Source of the DNA: an uncultured Pseudomonadota bacterium
Lineage (GTDB): Bacteria > Pseudomonadota > Gammaproteobacteria > DASZBR01
DNA length: 64,000 nucleotides
Assembly: GCA_963712965.1 (NCBI GenBank)
Contig: CAVQJZ010000007.1
Span: 205,365 to 269,364 of the forward strand
Direction: 5' to 3'
The position numbers and the translations under genes were made by a program. Position 1 is the stretch's first letter; each line of letters starts with the position of its first letter. This document shows positions 1-12,613 of the stretch, in pieces. Under the pieces are notes generated by a model. That model made no database searches. It was not told the origin of the DNA and saw only the letters and a list, made by a program, of their open reading frames with translations.

Positions 1-423
1 GCAGATTAATAAACCAAATTTCTTATTTTTGTATTCAAACACACATGTTTCACCACCTTCTTTAAAATAACGTTTTTCGTCAAACACGCCATAATTAGGC
101 AGCTGTTGTTTACGGTAATAGGCGATTTTTTTACCGTGCAAAAAAACAGCCGCGCTATTAAAGTTTTTTTCTGGATAGCCAACAACCATTAAAATTTCTG
201 GGACGGCTTTTGCAATCTCCTGCAATGCCTTGTTGGCAGACAATAAAAAATCATCGCGCAATAACAAATCTTCTGGAGAATATCCGCACAAGGCTAATTC
301 AGGAAATACAATCATATCAGCGTTTAATACATCGCGTGCATGCTGAGCGCTTTCGATAATTTTTTTAGTGTTATGGCGAATATCGCCCACCGTAAAATTT
401 AATTGTGCTAAAACTATTTTCAT
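1..423 (-). CDS. nadE: NAD+ synthetase, glutamine-dependent (N-terminal CN-hydrolase domain); 5'-partial at window edge
   Basis: Reverse translation from an ATG at ~423 gives MKIVLAQLNFTVGDIRHNTKKIIESAQHARDVLNADMIVFPELALCGYSPEDLL..., a typical NadE nitrilase-like N-terminus. It runs off the window start, so it is absent from the ORF track. Confidence 0.65.
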   Translation of the reverse strand, partial: MKIVLAQLNFTVGDIRHNTKKIIESAQHARDVLNADMIVFPELALCGYSPEDLLLRDDFLLSANKALQEIAKAVPEILMVVGYPEKNFNSAAVFLHGKKIAYYRKQQLPNYGVFDEKRYFKEGGETCVFEYKNKKFGLLIC

Positions 424-455
424 TTAATCCTCTACACCAATTTAATTTAATGCCC

Positions 456-487
456 CGTGTAGGGGCACGATGCATCGTGCCCCTACG
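456..487. terminator. GC-rich inverted repeat (cgtgtaggggcacg / cgtgcccctacg) downstream of the minus-strand methyltransferase gene
   Basis: Hairpin seen directly in the sequence between two co-directional minus-strand genes. Confidence 0.45.
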
Positions 488-506
488 TTAACGTTAGATC
501 ACATTT

Positions 507-1591
507 TTACAAACGCTCCACATAATTCTGCAATTGAAACCCGCGCAACGGTAATTCGATATCACGCGTTAATGCTATAACCTTGAACAATTCTCCCATT
601 TCGCTGGGTAAAGTTAAATATTTTATTGCTTGCGCTTCTTTTTCAGTGGCCATTGTCAGCAATCCACAATCCAATAAAAACGCCGCTTGTGTAGCAAAAC
701 CAGCCACCTCTAAATCATTATCACTTGCTGCTTCTGCCACCGCTGTAAAATCCACATGCGCGGTAATATCTTGCAACCCTGGCATAAAAAAAGGATCGCC
801 ATGTGCATGATGTCGATAATGACACATCAACGTTCCCATGGAACGATCAGGATGATAAAACTCGCGGCGCGAAAACCCATAATCAATTAATAAAATTAAT
901 CCTTGCTTTAAACAAGCGCTTAAACTTTTTATCCAAGGCTTTAATAATAAATGTAATTCACTATGATAAGGTTCTGTTACTAAATCTAAACTTTCAACAA
1001 TGGATGTAATTTGTGAATTGCTCGGTTTGCCTAATTGCCAAGCAAATTGATCTTGTTTATAGCCAACATAATATTCATTAACTTTTTTATCTTGCCAACA
1101 AAAACGCGTGGCCGGAAATGCATCCATCACTTCATTGGCTAAAATCATGCCAGAAAAACTATTCGCAGGCGGCAATCTATCTAACCATATCAAACGATGA
1201 TAATCATCAGGGCAAGTAGCACGTAAAAATTCTTGTTGGCGTTTTTTTAAATCAGCGCTGACTTCTAAAATATAATAGCGCTCAGGTTTGTGTTCACTAT
1301 GCAAAATGCTTGCCGCCAATTTTCCACTGCCTGCGCCCAACTCCAATACATCACCCGATAAAAGTGTTGCAATACAACGACCAAATAAAGGCGAAATCTC
1401 AGGTGATGTGATAAAGTCCCCTGCCGATCCAAACTTTTGTGCGCCCGCTTCGTAATAACCTAATTGCGGCGCGTACAACGCAAGATTCATAAATTCACTA
1501 AAAGGAATTTTGCCACCGGCACGTTCAATCGTTTGTCGAATGAATTGACTGACTTTTTGACTGTGCGCAAGCGCATCAGGGCTAGGACTGG
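507..1591 (-). CDS. class I SAM-dependent methyltransferase, COG1565/DUF185 (MidA/NDUFAF7-like)
   Basis: ORF track 507..1745. An internal start (MSLPSPSP...) at 1591 is preferred because the long N-extension overlaps the divergent MFS gene. GxGxG SAM motif (LELGAGSGKLA). Confidence 0.65.
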
Positions 1592-1638
1592 GCAAAGACA
1601 TTGGTTTACCTATTAAATTTAACATCGCGGTAATTGTT

Positions 1639-3042
1639 ATGCAGAACTCTTCAATAAGCAAACATATCATTATTTGGATTGTCGCCATTGCGCTATTTAT
1701 TGACGCACTCGACGCTACCATCATCAACACCGCCATTCCAACCATTGCGCGCTATATGATGATTAATCCCGTGGATTTGAAAATCGCGTTAATTAGCTAT
1801 CTATTGAGCCTGGCACTTTTCATTCCCATCAGCGGTTGGCTTGCCGATAAATACGGGCAACGTAATATTTTCGTCTTAGCCGTGATTATTTTCACGGTAA
1901 GCTCGATGCTTTGCGGTCTTTCTGAAAATTTATGGCAACTGATGTTGGCACGATTTTTACAAGGAATTGGTGGCGCCATGATGTCACCTGTCGGACGATT
2001 AATCGCTGTACGTTCTGTGCCTCGCTCTCAATTTATTAACATTATGAATCGCATTGTTCTTATTGCATTAATTGGCCCGGCATTAGGCCCATTTTTAGGC
2101 GGTGTCATCACAGACTGGTTTTCCTGGCGCTGGATTTTTTATGTCAACGTGCCGTTAGGCATCATTGAAATATTCGTGGCGTGGAATTTAATTAGCAACG
2201 ATAAAGAACCCTCTACACCACCCTTAGATAAAATTGGATTTATTTTATTTGGCACAAGCTTAGGACTATTAGTGTTTAGTTTGTCTGCGTTGAGTGAGCA
2301 AGCATTTCAAACCTCAAAGGCACTTTATTTATTAGCGATTGCGGTGATTGGTTTTATCACTTACTTTTGGTATTCACAAAAACAAGCATTTCCTCTTTTA
2401 GATTTAACGCTATTTAAAGTGCGCACGTTTGCTATCTCGAACATCGGCGCTTCAGGTATCCGAATCGCAAGCAATGCGATCCCCTTTTTGTGTCCTTTAT
2501 TATTTCAAGTAAGCGATGGTTTATCGCCATTTATTTCAGGCGTACTCATGATACCTTACGCGATAGGTGCAATGGCTGCCAAAATTTGCTCGCGACGATT
2601 AGCGCAACAATTTGGTTTACGCCATTACTTAATCGTCGTTAATCTCGGCGCTAGTTTATCGATTTTTTCATTGTCTCTTATTACTGGAAATAGCGCCCTG
2701 TGGTTCATGGCGGCACTGGTATTTTTTAGTGGCTTATCATCATCACTTTTATTTAGTGGCACAAACCCGATGGCATTTGCTGATATTGATAAAAAGAATT
2801 TAAGCAAAGCCACAAGCATCGTGACAACAAATCAGCAAGCGGCAAATAGTCTTGGCGTGGCCTTTGGTGCTTTCTTTCTCGTGATGTTTTCAAAACACTA
2901 TGGCGACAAACATCATTTGCCTGCAAGCGTTTTTCATCATACTTTTATTGTACTTAGCATCGCTTCATTTTTTGTGACATTCATTTTTTTAAAATTACAC
3001 AAAGAGGATGGCGCAACACTTTTCGAGAAAAATCAAATTTGA
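1639..3042 (+). CDS. MFS transporter, DHA2-like drug:H+ antiporter (14 TM)
   Basis: 467 aa, hydrophobic throughout. Characteristic MFS motifs: GWLADKYGQRN, LARFLQGIGGA. Confidence 0.8.
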   Translation: MQNSSISKHIIIWIVAIALFIDALDATIINTAIPTIARYMMINPVDLKIALISYLLSLALFIPISGWLADKYGQRNIFVLAVIIFTVSSMLCGLSENLWQLMLARFLQGIGGAMMSPVGRLIAVRSVPRSQFINIMNRIVLIALIGPALGPFLGGVITDWFSWRWIFYVNVPLGIIEIFVAWNLISNDKEPSTPPLDKIGFILFGTSLGLLVFSLSALSEQAFQTSKALYLLAIAVIGFITYFWYSQKQAFPLLDLTLFKVRTFAISNIGASGIRIASNAIPFLCPLLFQVSDGLSPFISGVLMIPYAIGAMAAKICSRRLAQQFGLRHYLIVVNLGASLSIFSLSLITGNSALWFMAALVFFSGLSSSLLFSGTNPMAFADIDKKNLSKATSIVTTNQQAANSLGVAFGAFFLVMFSKHYGDKHHLPASVFHHTFIVLSIASFFVTFIFLKLHKEDGATLFEKNQI

Positions 3043-3686
3043 AATATCCCGCGAATCAATGCAATTAATGTCATGGCAAGGGGACTAATAATCATACCCA
3101 ATACACCTGTTACTAATAACAATAATAAAATCCACAAACCATAACGTTCAAATGGAATTAAATAATACGACCAACGACCCGGTAAAATACTCATTAAAAT
3201 CTTGCTGCCATCGAGTGGCGGAAATGGTAATAAATTTAAAATACCTAAAATGACATTGACTTGAATGCCAATTAAACCCATCGCATTTAACGCAAAACCA
3301 AACATAATTCCATGCGCATCAAGAGAATTTCCTAACAAGGCTAATGCACCCCAAAGAAACGCCATGATTAAATTGGCGCACGGTCCAGCAAATGCCACTA
3401 ACGCCATATCACGACGCAAATGTTTTAAATTACGCCAAGTAATTGGCACCGGCTTTGCCCAACCAAAAATAAACCCGCCAGTCATAATAGTTAATGCGGG
3501 TAAAATAATCGTGCCAAAAAGATCGATATGACGAATAGGATTTAATGTCAAACGCCCTAACATTTTGGCTGTGGGATCACCCAATCGATAGGCTACCCAA
3601 CCATGCGCTGTTTCATGAACGGTAATCGCAAACAATAACGGAATTGCCCACAACAAAATCTTTTGTACTGCATTAAATTCAACCAT
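3033..3686 (-). CDS. site-2 protease family (peptidase M50) membrane metalloprotease
   Basis: HETAHG (HExxH) near the N-terminus of a polytopic membrane protein; LNLLPFPPLDGSKIL motif. Confidence 0.7.
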   Translation of the reverse strand: MVEFNAVQKILLWAIPLLFAITVHETAHGWVAYRLGDPTAKMLGRLTLNPIRHIDLFGTIILPALTIMTGGFIFGWAKPVPITWRNLKHLRRDMALVAFAGPCANLIMAFLWGALALLGNSLDAHGIMFGFALNAMGLIGIQVNVILGILNLLPFPPLDGSKILMSILPGRWSYYLIPFERYGLWILLLLLVTGVLGMIISPLAMTLIALIRGIFQI

Positions 3687-3701
3687 ACGAATAACTCACT
3701 T

Positions 3702-4619
3702 TTAGCAAGAAGCTTTTTGATGACAACCATGTTCACCGTCACCACGTTCAATTTGTAGTGTCACATGATGAATATGGAAATGATTTTTCAAATGTTCGTG
3801 AATTTCATGATAATCATGATCAGACAAATTTTTCTCAGGCATAATTAAATGCGCAGTTAACGCCACTTCGCGCGTGCTTAATCCCCAAATATGCAAATCA
3901 TGTACCGCATTTACGTTAGGCAATTGGGTTAAATAATTTTTAACGCCATGATGATCAATATGCGAAGGTACTGCATCTAATATTAAATTCAATGAATCGC
4001 GCAGTAATTGCCAGGTGCCAAATAAAATGGCGAGCACAATCAACAAACCGACTAATGGATCTACCCAAAAAGCGTGCGTGAAGAAAATAATAGCGCCGCT
4101 TAAAACAACACCTGCGGAAATTAACGCGTCCGATGCTAAATGCATATACGCACTTTTAATATTCAAATCTTCGTTTTGTCCGCGCATAAAAAGCATCGCG
4201 GTACCGCCGTTAACAAAAATACCCATGAAGGCAACCAACATCACAATTTTTTCGTTAATGGAAACAGGATGCATCAATCGATGAAAAGATTCGTACGCAA
4301 TCACAGCCGTTGCTGCAATTAAAAATAATGAATTGGTTAATGCGGCCACAATGGTTGTTTTTTTATAGCCATAACTGCGTTTTTGTGTAGCCGGTTTGGT
4401 TAATAACCAATTAGCGCCCCAGGCCATTAACAAACTCAACACATCACCAAAATTATGCCCCGCATCGGCAAGCAAACCCATGGAATGCGCAACAAATGCA
4501 TATAATGCTTCGAATACGGTAAATGTTGCATTGCCGATGACAGCCAGAATAAATACTTTGTTCCATTCAGTCGGCGCATGATGATGGTGATGATGACTGT
4601 GAGAGTGTTCGCAACCCAT
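3702..4619 (-). CDS. cation diffusion facilitator (CzcD/ZitB-like) metal efflux protein with His-rich N-terminus
   Basis: ORF 3702..4673. Start placed at MGCEHSHSHHHHHH (4619), which has a GAGGA RBS. CDF TM signature and HxxxD motifs. Confidence 0.8.
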   Translation of the reverse strand: MGCEHSHSHHHHHHAPTEWNKVFILAVIGNATFTVFEALYAFVAHSMGLLADAGHNFGDVLSLLMAWGANWLLTKPATQKRSYGYKKTTIVAALTNSLFLIAATAVIAYESFHRLMHPVSINEKIVMLVAFMGIFVNGGTAMLFMRGQNEDLNIKSAYMHLASDALISAGVVLSGAIIFFTHAFWVDPLVGLLIVLAILFGTWQLLRDSLNLILDAVPSHIDHHGVKNYLTQLPNVNAVHDLHIWGLSTREVALTAHLIMPEKNLSDHDYHEIHEHLKNHFHIHHVTLQIERGDGEHGCHQKASC

Positions 4620-4713
4620 AAAAATCCTCAATAAAATTTGTGCAACCTTAGCATAAAAATCTGCGCTTCTCATGCTAAGATAACCGTTTAAATCACCCTT
4701 ATGGAATCAGGTT

Positions 4714-5736
4714 ATGGCAACACGTTATGACATTGCAATTTTAGGCGCGACCGGCATTGTCGGCGAAGCATTATTCGATATTTTGGCACAACGCAAATTT
4801 CCCGTTGGCAAAATTTATGCGCTCGCCAGCGAGCGTTCGGCAGGAAACACGGTGATGTTCCAAAAAAAACCTATCCTCGTCGAAGATGCCGCACAATTTG
4901 ATTTCAGCAAAGTACAACTCGCTTTTTTTGCCGTCGACAATAAAATTTCCGCTACTTATGCGCCCATCGCTGCACAAGCCGGTTGCGTTGTCATTGATAA
5001 AAGTTCGCAATTTCGTTTGGATCCTGACGTGCCACTTGTTGTGCCTGAAGTAAACCCAGAAGCCATTGCTGATTATCGCAATAAAAATATTATCGCTGTG
5101 CCGAATTGTTCAACCATTCAAATGGTCGTTGCACTAAAACCAATTTACGATGCGGTCGGTATTGAGCGCGTGAATGTTGCAACGTATCAATCCGTATCTG
5201 GCAGTGGTCGCGATGGGGTTGATGAATTGGTGCATCAAGTCGCTGACTTGTTAAACGGTCATAAAGCAGAATGCAAAGTTTATCCACAACAAATTGCTTT
5301 TAATTTATTGCCACACATTGATGTATTTCTTGAAAATGGTTACTGCAAAGAAGAAATGAAATTAGTATGGGAAACACAAAAAATATTTAATAATCCTGAA
5401 ATATTCATTAATCCTACCACCGTGCGCGTACCTGTTTTTTATGGGCATGCCGAAGCGTTGCATATTGAAACACGTGAAAAAATTGATGCTGATTACGCAC
5501 GCGACCTATTAAAAGCGGCGCCAGGCATTATTGTGATTGATAATCTTAAAAAAGCATTATACCCAACACCGGTTGAAAGTTTACCTGACGAAGATGCGGT
5601 ATTTGTTGGCCGCATTCGTGAAGATATTTCGCATCCCCGAGGATTAAACATGTGGGTCGTAGCAGATAATGTCAGAAAAGGTGCAGCTTTAAATGCGATT
5701 CAGATTGCAGAATTGTTAATTAAAGATTATTTTTAG
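4714..5736 (+). CDS. asd: aspartate-semialdehyde dehydrogenase
   Basis: 340 aa. N-terminal ILGATGIVG NAD(P) motif and the active-site NCSTI motif. Confidence 0.85.
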   Translation: MATRYDIAILGATGIVGEALFDILAQRKFPVGKIYALASERSAGNTVMFQKKPILVEDAAQFDFSKVQLAFFAVDNKISATYAPIAAQAGCVVIDKSSQFRLDPDVPLVVPEVNPEAIADYRNKNIIAVPNCSTIQMVVALKPIYDAVGIERVNVATYQSVSGSGRDGVDELVHQVADLLNGHKAECKVYPQQIAFNLLPHIDVFLENGYCKEEMKLVWETQKIFNNPEIFINPTTVRVPVFYGHAEALHIETREKIDADYARDLLKAAPGIIVIDNLKKALYPTPVESLPDEDAVFVGRIREDISHPRGLNMWVVADNVRKGAALNAIQIAELLIKDYF

Positions 5737-5741
5737 TAATC

Positions 5742-5850
5742 CCCTTCTCCCGCTTGCGGGAGAAGGCCAGGATGAGGGTAATTAAAAATTAATTTTCTTT
5801 TTAACTCTCCCCTCACCCTAACCCTCTCCCACTTTCGTGGGAGAGGGAAT
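5742..5850. repeat. composite inverted pair of the dispersed 'CCCTCTCCC-loop-GGGAGAGGG + TTAGGGTGAGGG' repeat (two divergent copies around an AT-rich spacer)
   Basis: 5743..5779 (ccttctcccgcttgcgggagaaggccaggatgagggt) and 5806..5847 (reverse: ccctctcccacgaaagtgggagagggttagggtgaggggag). Same family as the copies at 36870, 39287 and 40304. Confidence 0.7.
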
Positions 5851-5887
5851 AAATAAATGTTTAATAATTATTAAAAGGAATGTATTT

Positions 5888-7414
5888 ATGTCCCTTGCTA
5901 TTCTCTACAGCCGAGCAGCGCTCGGCATTCAAGCGCCACTCGTTACCGTTGAAACACATCTTTCCAATGGATTGCCCGGCATGTCGATTGTTGGCTTGCC
6001 AGAAACTGCTGTGAAAGAAAGCAAAGATCGTGTCAGAAGCGCGTTATTAAATATGCAATTTGATTTTCCTGCTCGACGCATCACGATTAACTTAGCACCT
6101 GCGGATTTACCCAAAGAAGGTGGGCGTTATGATTTACCTATTGCCATTAGTATCCTGGCTGCTTCTGGGCAAATCCCCGCCCAAGAATTAAAAAAATATG
6201 AATTTGCTGGTGAGCTCGCACTTTCTGGTGAACTACGTTCGGTGAATGGCATTTTGCCCTTAGCGTTACAAACCAAACGCGCCAACCGCATTTTAATTGT
6301 GCCATTAGCTAATGCCGAAGAAGCAACGTTGTGTGGTGATTTAACCGTACTCGCGGCAAAAGATTTAAATCAAGTTTGTGCGCATATATTAGGCGCTGAA
6401 TTAATCACGCCATATATTGCAACACACACGACAACCATTATTAATTCAACCGATGCGATTGATTTACGCGATGTGCGCGGACAACCACATGCGCGTCGCG
6501 CATTGGAAATTGCCGCCAGTGGTGGACACAGTTTATTAATGATGGGCCCACCAGGCACAGGAAAAACTATGCTTGCATCACGCCTGCCCACTATTTTGCC
6601 GGAGTTAACTGACGATGAAGCATTAGAAGTAGCCGCCATTGCATCGATCAGTGGACGAAAAATTTCGTTACCTGATTGGCGCACACGCCCTTTTCGTTCA
6701 CCACATCACACCGCATCCACGGTTGCTTTAGTGGGTGGTGGCACACCACCACGACCCGGTGAAATATCACTCGCACATCAAGGTGTTTTATTTCTAGATG
6801 AATTACCAGAATTTAATCGGCATGTGTTGGAATCATTACGTGAACCCATTGAATCAGGAAGTGTCACCATTTCACGCGCAGCGCGCCAAGCTGAATTTCC
6901 TGCGCGCTTTCAATTAATCGCCGCGATGAATCCTTGTCCTTGTGGTTATTTAGGTGATCGCGCCGGACGTTGTCGTTGCACGACCGAACAAATTGCGCGC
7001 TATAAACAACGTTTATCTGGGCCATTATTAGATCGCATTGATATGCATATTGAAGTACCACTGTTACCTGCTGGTGTTTTAAGCAATGCACAAAATGAAA
7101 TTAATGAAGATAGTTTAACGGTTCGCACACGTGTGAAAAACGCTCGCTTGCTGCAATTAGCACGCACGCAAAAAATTAATGCGCAATTAATGGGAAAGGC
7201 GTTAGAAAAACATTGCCCGCTTTCGAAAGAACAACGTGAATTTTTAGAACACGCCATTCATAAATTAAATCTATCAGCACGTGCGTATCATCGGGTATTA
7301 CGTTTAGCGCGAACCATTGCAGATTTAAGCGCAACAGAAATAATCGAAACTAAACATATTACGGAAGCACTGTCATATCGACGGGTGGAGAAAACACTGG
7401 AGAATCGATTATAA
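5888..7414 (+). CDS. comM: Mg-chelatase-like AAA+ ATPase ComM/YifB
   Basis: ORF 5837..7414. Start at MSLAILYSR (5888). Walker A GPPGTGKT and a C-terminal ChlI-like domain. Confidence 0.85.
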   Translation: MSLAILYSRAALGIQAPLVTVETHLSNGLPGMSIVGLPETAVKESKDRVRSALLNMQFDFPARRITINLAPADLPKEGGRYDLPIAISILAASGQIPAQELKKYEFAGELALSGELRSVNGILPLALQTKRANRILIVPLANAEEATLCGDLTVLAAKDLNQVCAHILGAELITPYIATHTTTIINSTDAIDLRDVRGQPHARRALEIAASGGHSLLMMGPPGTGKTMLASRLPTILPELTDDEALEVAAIASISGRKISLPDWRTRPFRSPHHTASTVALVGGGTPPRPGEISLAHQGVLFLDELPEFNRHVLESLREPIESGSVTISRAARQAEFPARFQLIAAMNPCPCGYLGDRAGRCRCTTEQIARYKQRLSGPLLDRIDMHIEVPLLPAGVLSNAQNEINEDSLTVRTRVKNARLLQLARTQKINAQLMGKALEKHCPLSKEQREFLEHAIHKLNLSARAYHRVLRLARTIADLSATEIIETKHITEALSYRRVEKTLENRL

Positions 7415-7423
7415 ATATGATGT

Positions 7424-7451
7424 GTCACCCCGCGCTCGTCGCGGGGTCTGG
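7424..7451. repeat. left inverted hairpin repeat flanking the GIY-YIG gene (gtcaccccgcgctcgtcgcggggtctgg)
   Basis: The reverse complement of the right repeat (7756..7783) matches this arm except for the loop; it starts 10 nt after the comM stop. Confidence 0.6.
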
Positions 7452-7461
7452 GAGATTAAAA

Positions 7462-7755
7462 ATGGATAATAATTATTACGTTTATATTTTAACTCGAGAA
7501 AGAAACAGTGTTTTTTACACCGGCGTTACTAATAATTTAATACGCCGTATTTATGAACATAAAAGTGAAGCAATCCCTGGATTTACCAAAAAATATAACG
7601 TTAAAATACTGGTGTATTATGAAATATTCCAAGATGTACAATTAGCCATTCATCGAGAAAAAATTATCAAACGCTGGAAAAGAAAAATTAAAATAGATGC
7701 TATAGAAAAAATAAATCCTGAATGGAAAGATTTATATTACGAATTAATTAAATAA
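7462..7755 (+). CDS. GIY-YIG nuclease family protein (COG2827 / UPF0213, YhbQ-like)
   Basis: ORF 7417..7755. Start at MDNNYY (7462), preceded by GGAG. YVYIL...FYTGVT...RRIYEHK...GFTKKY is the GIY-YIG signature. Confidence 0.75.
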   Translation: MDNNYYVYILTRERNSVFYTGVTNNLIRRIYEHKSEAIPGFTKKYNVKILVYYEIFQDVQLAIHREKIIKRWKRKIKIDAIEKINPEWKDLYYELIK

Positions 7756-7783
7756 CCAGACCCCGCAACAAGTGCGGGGTGAC
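7756..7783. repeat. right inverted hairpin repeat flanking the GIY-YIG gene (ccagaccccgcaacaagtgcggggtgac)
   Basis: Begins one nt after the GIY-YIG stop; inverted copy of 7424..7451. Confidence 0.6.
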
Positions 7784-7806
7784 AGATTCGTTTAAACAAC
7801 ACCAAT

Positions 7807-7836
7807 AAAAAACCCCGCAAAAGCGGGGTTTTTTGT
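7807..7836. terminator. symmetric rho-independent terminator (aaaaaaccccgcaaaagcggggtttttt), bidirectional
   Basis: Perfect GC stem flanked by A-run and T-run, immediately downstream of the groEL stop. Confidence 0.8.
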
Positions 7837-7853
7837 TCCACTCAGAACAACAA

Positions 7854-9500
7854 TTACATCATGCCTTCCATTCCGCCCATGCCACCCATACCGCCTGGCG
7901 CACCATGTGAATGCTCATCTTTCTTTGGCAATTCAGCAACCATACATTCTGTTGTTAACATTAAACCTGCTACAGAAGATGCTTTTTGCAATGCCGTACG
8001 TGTTACTTTAGTTGGATCGATAATGCCTAATTCAACCATGTCACCGTATTCTTTGCTGGCCGCGTTGTAACCAAAGTTGCCTTTGCCTTCCAACACTTTT
8101 TGCAAAACAACTGACGCTTCAGCGCCTGTGTTGCTCACGATTTGACGTAATGGCGCTTCCATTGCACGACGCAAAATAGCAATACCCATATTTTGATCAT
8201 CATTGTCACCTTTGAGATCTTTCAAGGATTGCAATGCGCGAATCAACGCAACACCACCACCAGCAACCACACCTTCTTCAACAGCCGCGCGCGTTGCATG
8301 TAATGCATCTTCAACGCGTGCTTTCTTTTCTTTCATTTCAACTTCAGTTGCTGCACCGACTTTAATTACCGCTACACCACCAGCTAATTTTGCAATACGT
8401 TCTTGCAATTTTTCGCGATCGTAGTCAGAAGAAGTTTCTTTGATATCAGAACGAAGCTGCTCTACACGTGCATTAATATCTGCTTTTTTACCAGAACCAT
8501 CAATAATCGTCGTGTTTTCTTTAGTTACCACAACACGTTTAGCGCTACCTAAATCAGTGACTGCCGCTTTTTCCAGTGTTGTACCTAATTCTTCAGCAAT
8601 TACGCCACAGCCAGTTAAAATAGCAATATCTTGCAACATCGCTTTACGACGATCACCAAAACCAGGTGCTTTAACAGCACACACTTTAACAATGCCACGA
8701 ATAGCATTCACCACTAATGTGGTTAATGCTTCGCCGTCAACATCTTCAGAAATAATTAATAATGAACGACCACCTTTTGCCACACCTTCTAAGATAGGCA
8801 ACATGTCACGAATGTTAGAAATCTTTTTATCCACTAATAAAATAAAAGGATTGTCTAATTCACAGCTCATGTTTTGTTGGTTGTTAATAAAGTAAGGAGA
8901 AATATAACCACGATCAAATTGCATACCTTCAACAACGTTCAATTCGTTATCGAAACTATTGCCATCTTCAACGGTGATCACACCTTCTTTACCCACTTTT
9001 TCCATCGCTTGGCTAATTAATGCACCAATCGCTTCTTCAGAGTTTGCAGAAATAGTGCCCACTTGTTTAATGGATTTGCTGTCTTTGCATTCAATCGATA
9101 ATTTTTTCAATGAAGCAACAGCTGTGATCACTGCTTTATCAATACCACGTTTTAATTCCATCGGATTCATACCAGCCACCAGCGCTTTTAATCCTTCGCT
9201 GTAAATAGCACGTGTTAATACGGTTGCTGTTGTTGTGCCGTCACCCGCTTCATCAGATGTTTGTGATGCAACAGATTTAACCAATTGCGCGCCCATATTT
9301 TTAAAGTTGTCTTTAAATTCAACTTCTTTAGCAACGGTTACACCATCTTTAGTTAATGTAGGTTCACCATACGAACGTTGAATTAATACATTGCGGCCAC
9401 TAGGACCCATGGTTACTGCAACCGCATCTGCCAAACCATTTAAACCACTTAAAATTGACTGACGCGCTTCACCAGAAAACGATAATTCTTTAGCTGCCAT
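7854..9500 (-). CDS. groEL: chaperonin GroEL (Cpn60)
   Basis: 548 aa; unmistakable GroEL sequence with a C-terminal GGM repeat tail. Confidence 0.97.
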   Translation of the reverse strand: MAAKELSFSGEARQSILSGLNGLADAVAVTMGPSGRNVLIQRSYGEPTLTKDGVTVAKEVEFKDNFKNMGAQLVKSVASQTSDEAGDGTTTATVLTRAIYSEGLKALVAGMNPMELKRGIDKAVITAVASLKKLSIECKDSKSIKQVGTISANSEEAIGALISQAMEKVGKEGVITVEDGNSFDNELNVVEGMQFDRGYISPYFINNQQNMSCELDNPFILLVDKKISNIRDMLPILEGVAKGGRSLLIISEDVDGEALTTLVVNAIRGIVKVCAVKAPGFGDRRKAMLQDIAILTGCGVIAEELGTTLEKAAVTDLGSAKRVVVTKENTTIIDGSGKKADINARVEQLRSDIKETSSDYDREKLQERIAKLAGGVAVIKVGAATEVEMKEKKARVEDALHATRAAVEEGVVAGGGVALIRALQSLKDLKGDNDDQNMGIAILRRAMEAPLRQIVSNTGAEASVVLQKVLEGKGNFGYNAASKEYGDMVELGIIDPTKVTRTALQKASSVAGLMLTTECMVAELPKKDEHSHGAPGGMGGMGGMEGMM

Positions 9501-9533
9501 GTTCTATTCCTCACTCAAAAAATATAAAAAAAG

Positions 9534-9821
9534 TTACTCGATAATGCCCATGATGTCTTCTTCGCGCATAACCAAAATGTCTTTGCCTTCGATTTTGACT
9601 TCTGTACCGGAGTACTTACCAAATAATACTTTGTCGCCAACTTTCACGGCTAAATGACGAATCTCGCCACTGTCTAAAATTTTGCCTGTACCAATAGCAA
9701 GCACTTCACCTTTCATCGGTTTTTCTGCTGCTGTATCAGGGATAACAATACCACTTGGGGTGACACGCTCATCGTCTAAACGACGAACAATCACACGATC
9801 ATGTAAGGGACGAATCTTCAT
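9534..9821 (-). CDS. groES: co-chaperonin GroES (Cpn10)
   Basis: ORF 9534..9914. True start at [14 protein letters not shown] (codon 32 of the track ORF), 95 aa. Confidence 0.95.
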   Translation of the reverse strand: MKIRPLHDRVIVRRLDDERVTPSGIVIPDTAAEKPMKGEVLAIGTGKILDSGEIRHLAVKVGDKVLFGKYSGTEVKIEGKDILVMREEDIMGIIE

Positions 9822-9835
9822 GCAAATTTCTCCTA

Positions 9836-9862
9836 TTAGCACTCTAACAAAAAGAGTGCTAA
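9836..9862. promoter_or_regulatory. CIRCE operator (TTAGCACTC-N9-GAGTGCTAA), the HrcA binding site upstream of groES
   Basis: Perfect 9-N9-9 inverted repeat. It lies inside the 5' leader that the ORF track translates as the groES N-extension ([10 protein letters not shown]). Confidence 0.7.
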
Positions 9863-9914
9863 TGATAGAGAGAACGTCACCGCAGTCAAGAGAAAAAACA
9901 AAAGATTGTGACAC

Positions 9915-10035
9915 CCCCTTTGAAAAAGGGGGTCGACGAGCTGTAAGCGAGTCGGGGGGATTTTTTCAGAAATTTAAATCCCCCGCTGCCTACGCATTTC
10001 ATGCTTCGGCAGCTGCCCCCTTTTTCAAAGGGGGC
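9915..10035. terminator. pair of identical GC hairpins (ccccctttgaaaaaggggg at 9915..9933 and its inverse at 10017..10035) plus a central palindrome, downstream of pyrG
   Basis: Hairpins seen directly. They sit between the pyrG stop (10048) and the groES promoter region. Confidence 0.5.
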
Positions 10036-10047
10036 GATATACATTTT

Positions 10048-12524
<2,477 letters not shown>

Positions 12525-12613
12525 TGCATTCTCCTAGTTGCAAAGTAGTTTTAACCTGACTTAGACTCCGATGCCTTAGAGTAAAAAGCCGTCATTTTGT
12601 GACTACAGGAAAA

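Noticed and set aside
507-1745. Long N-terminal extension (48 aa) of the methyltransferase ORF
   Set aside because: It overlaps the divergent MFS gene start and is rich in hydrophobic low-complexity sequence. The internal Met at 1591 gives a compact gene.
7861-9204. Several 69-151-aa plus-strand ORFs (7861..8070, 8203..8424, 8440..8895, 8959..9204) inside groEL
   Set aside because: Antisense to a highly conserved gene. Their composition mirrors groEL codon structure, and they lack an RBS or any known fold.
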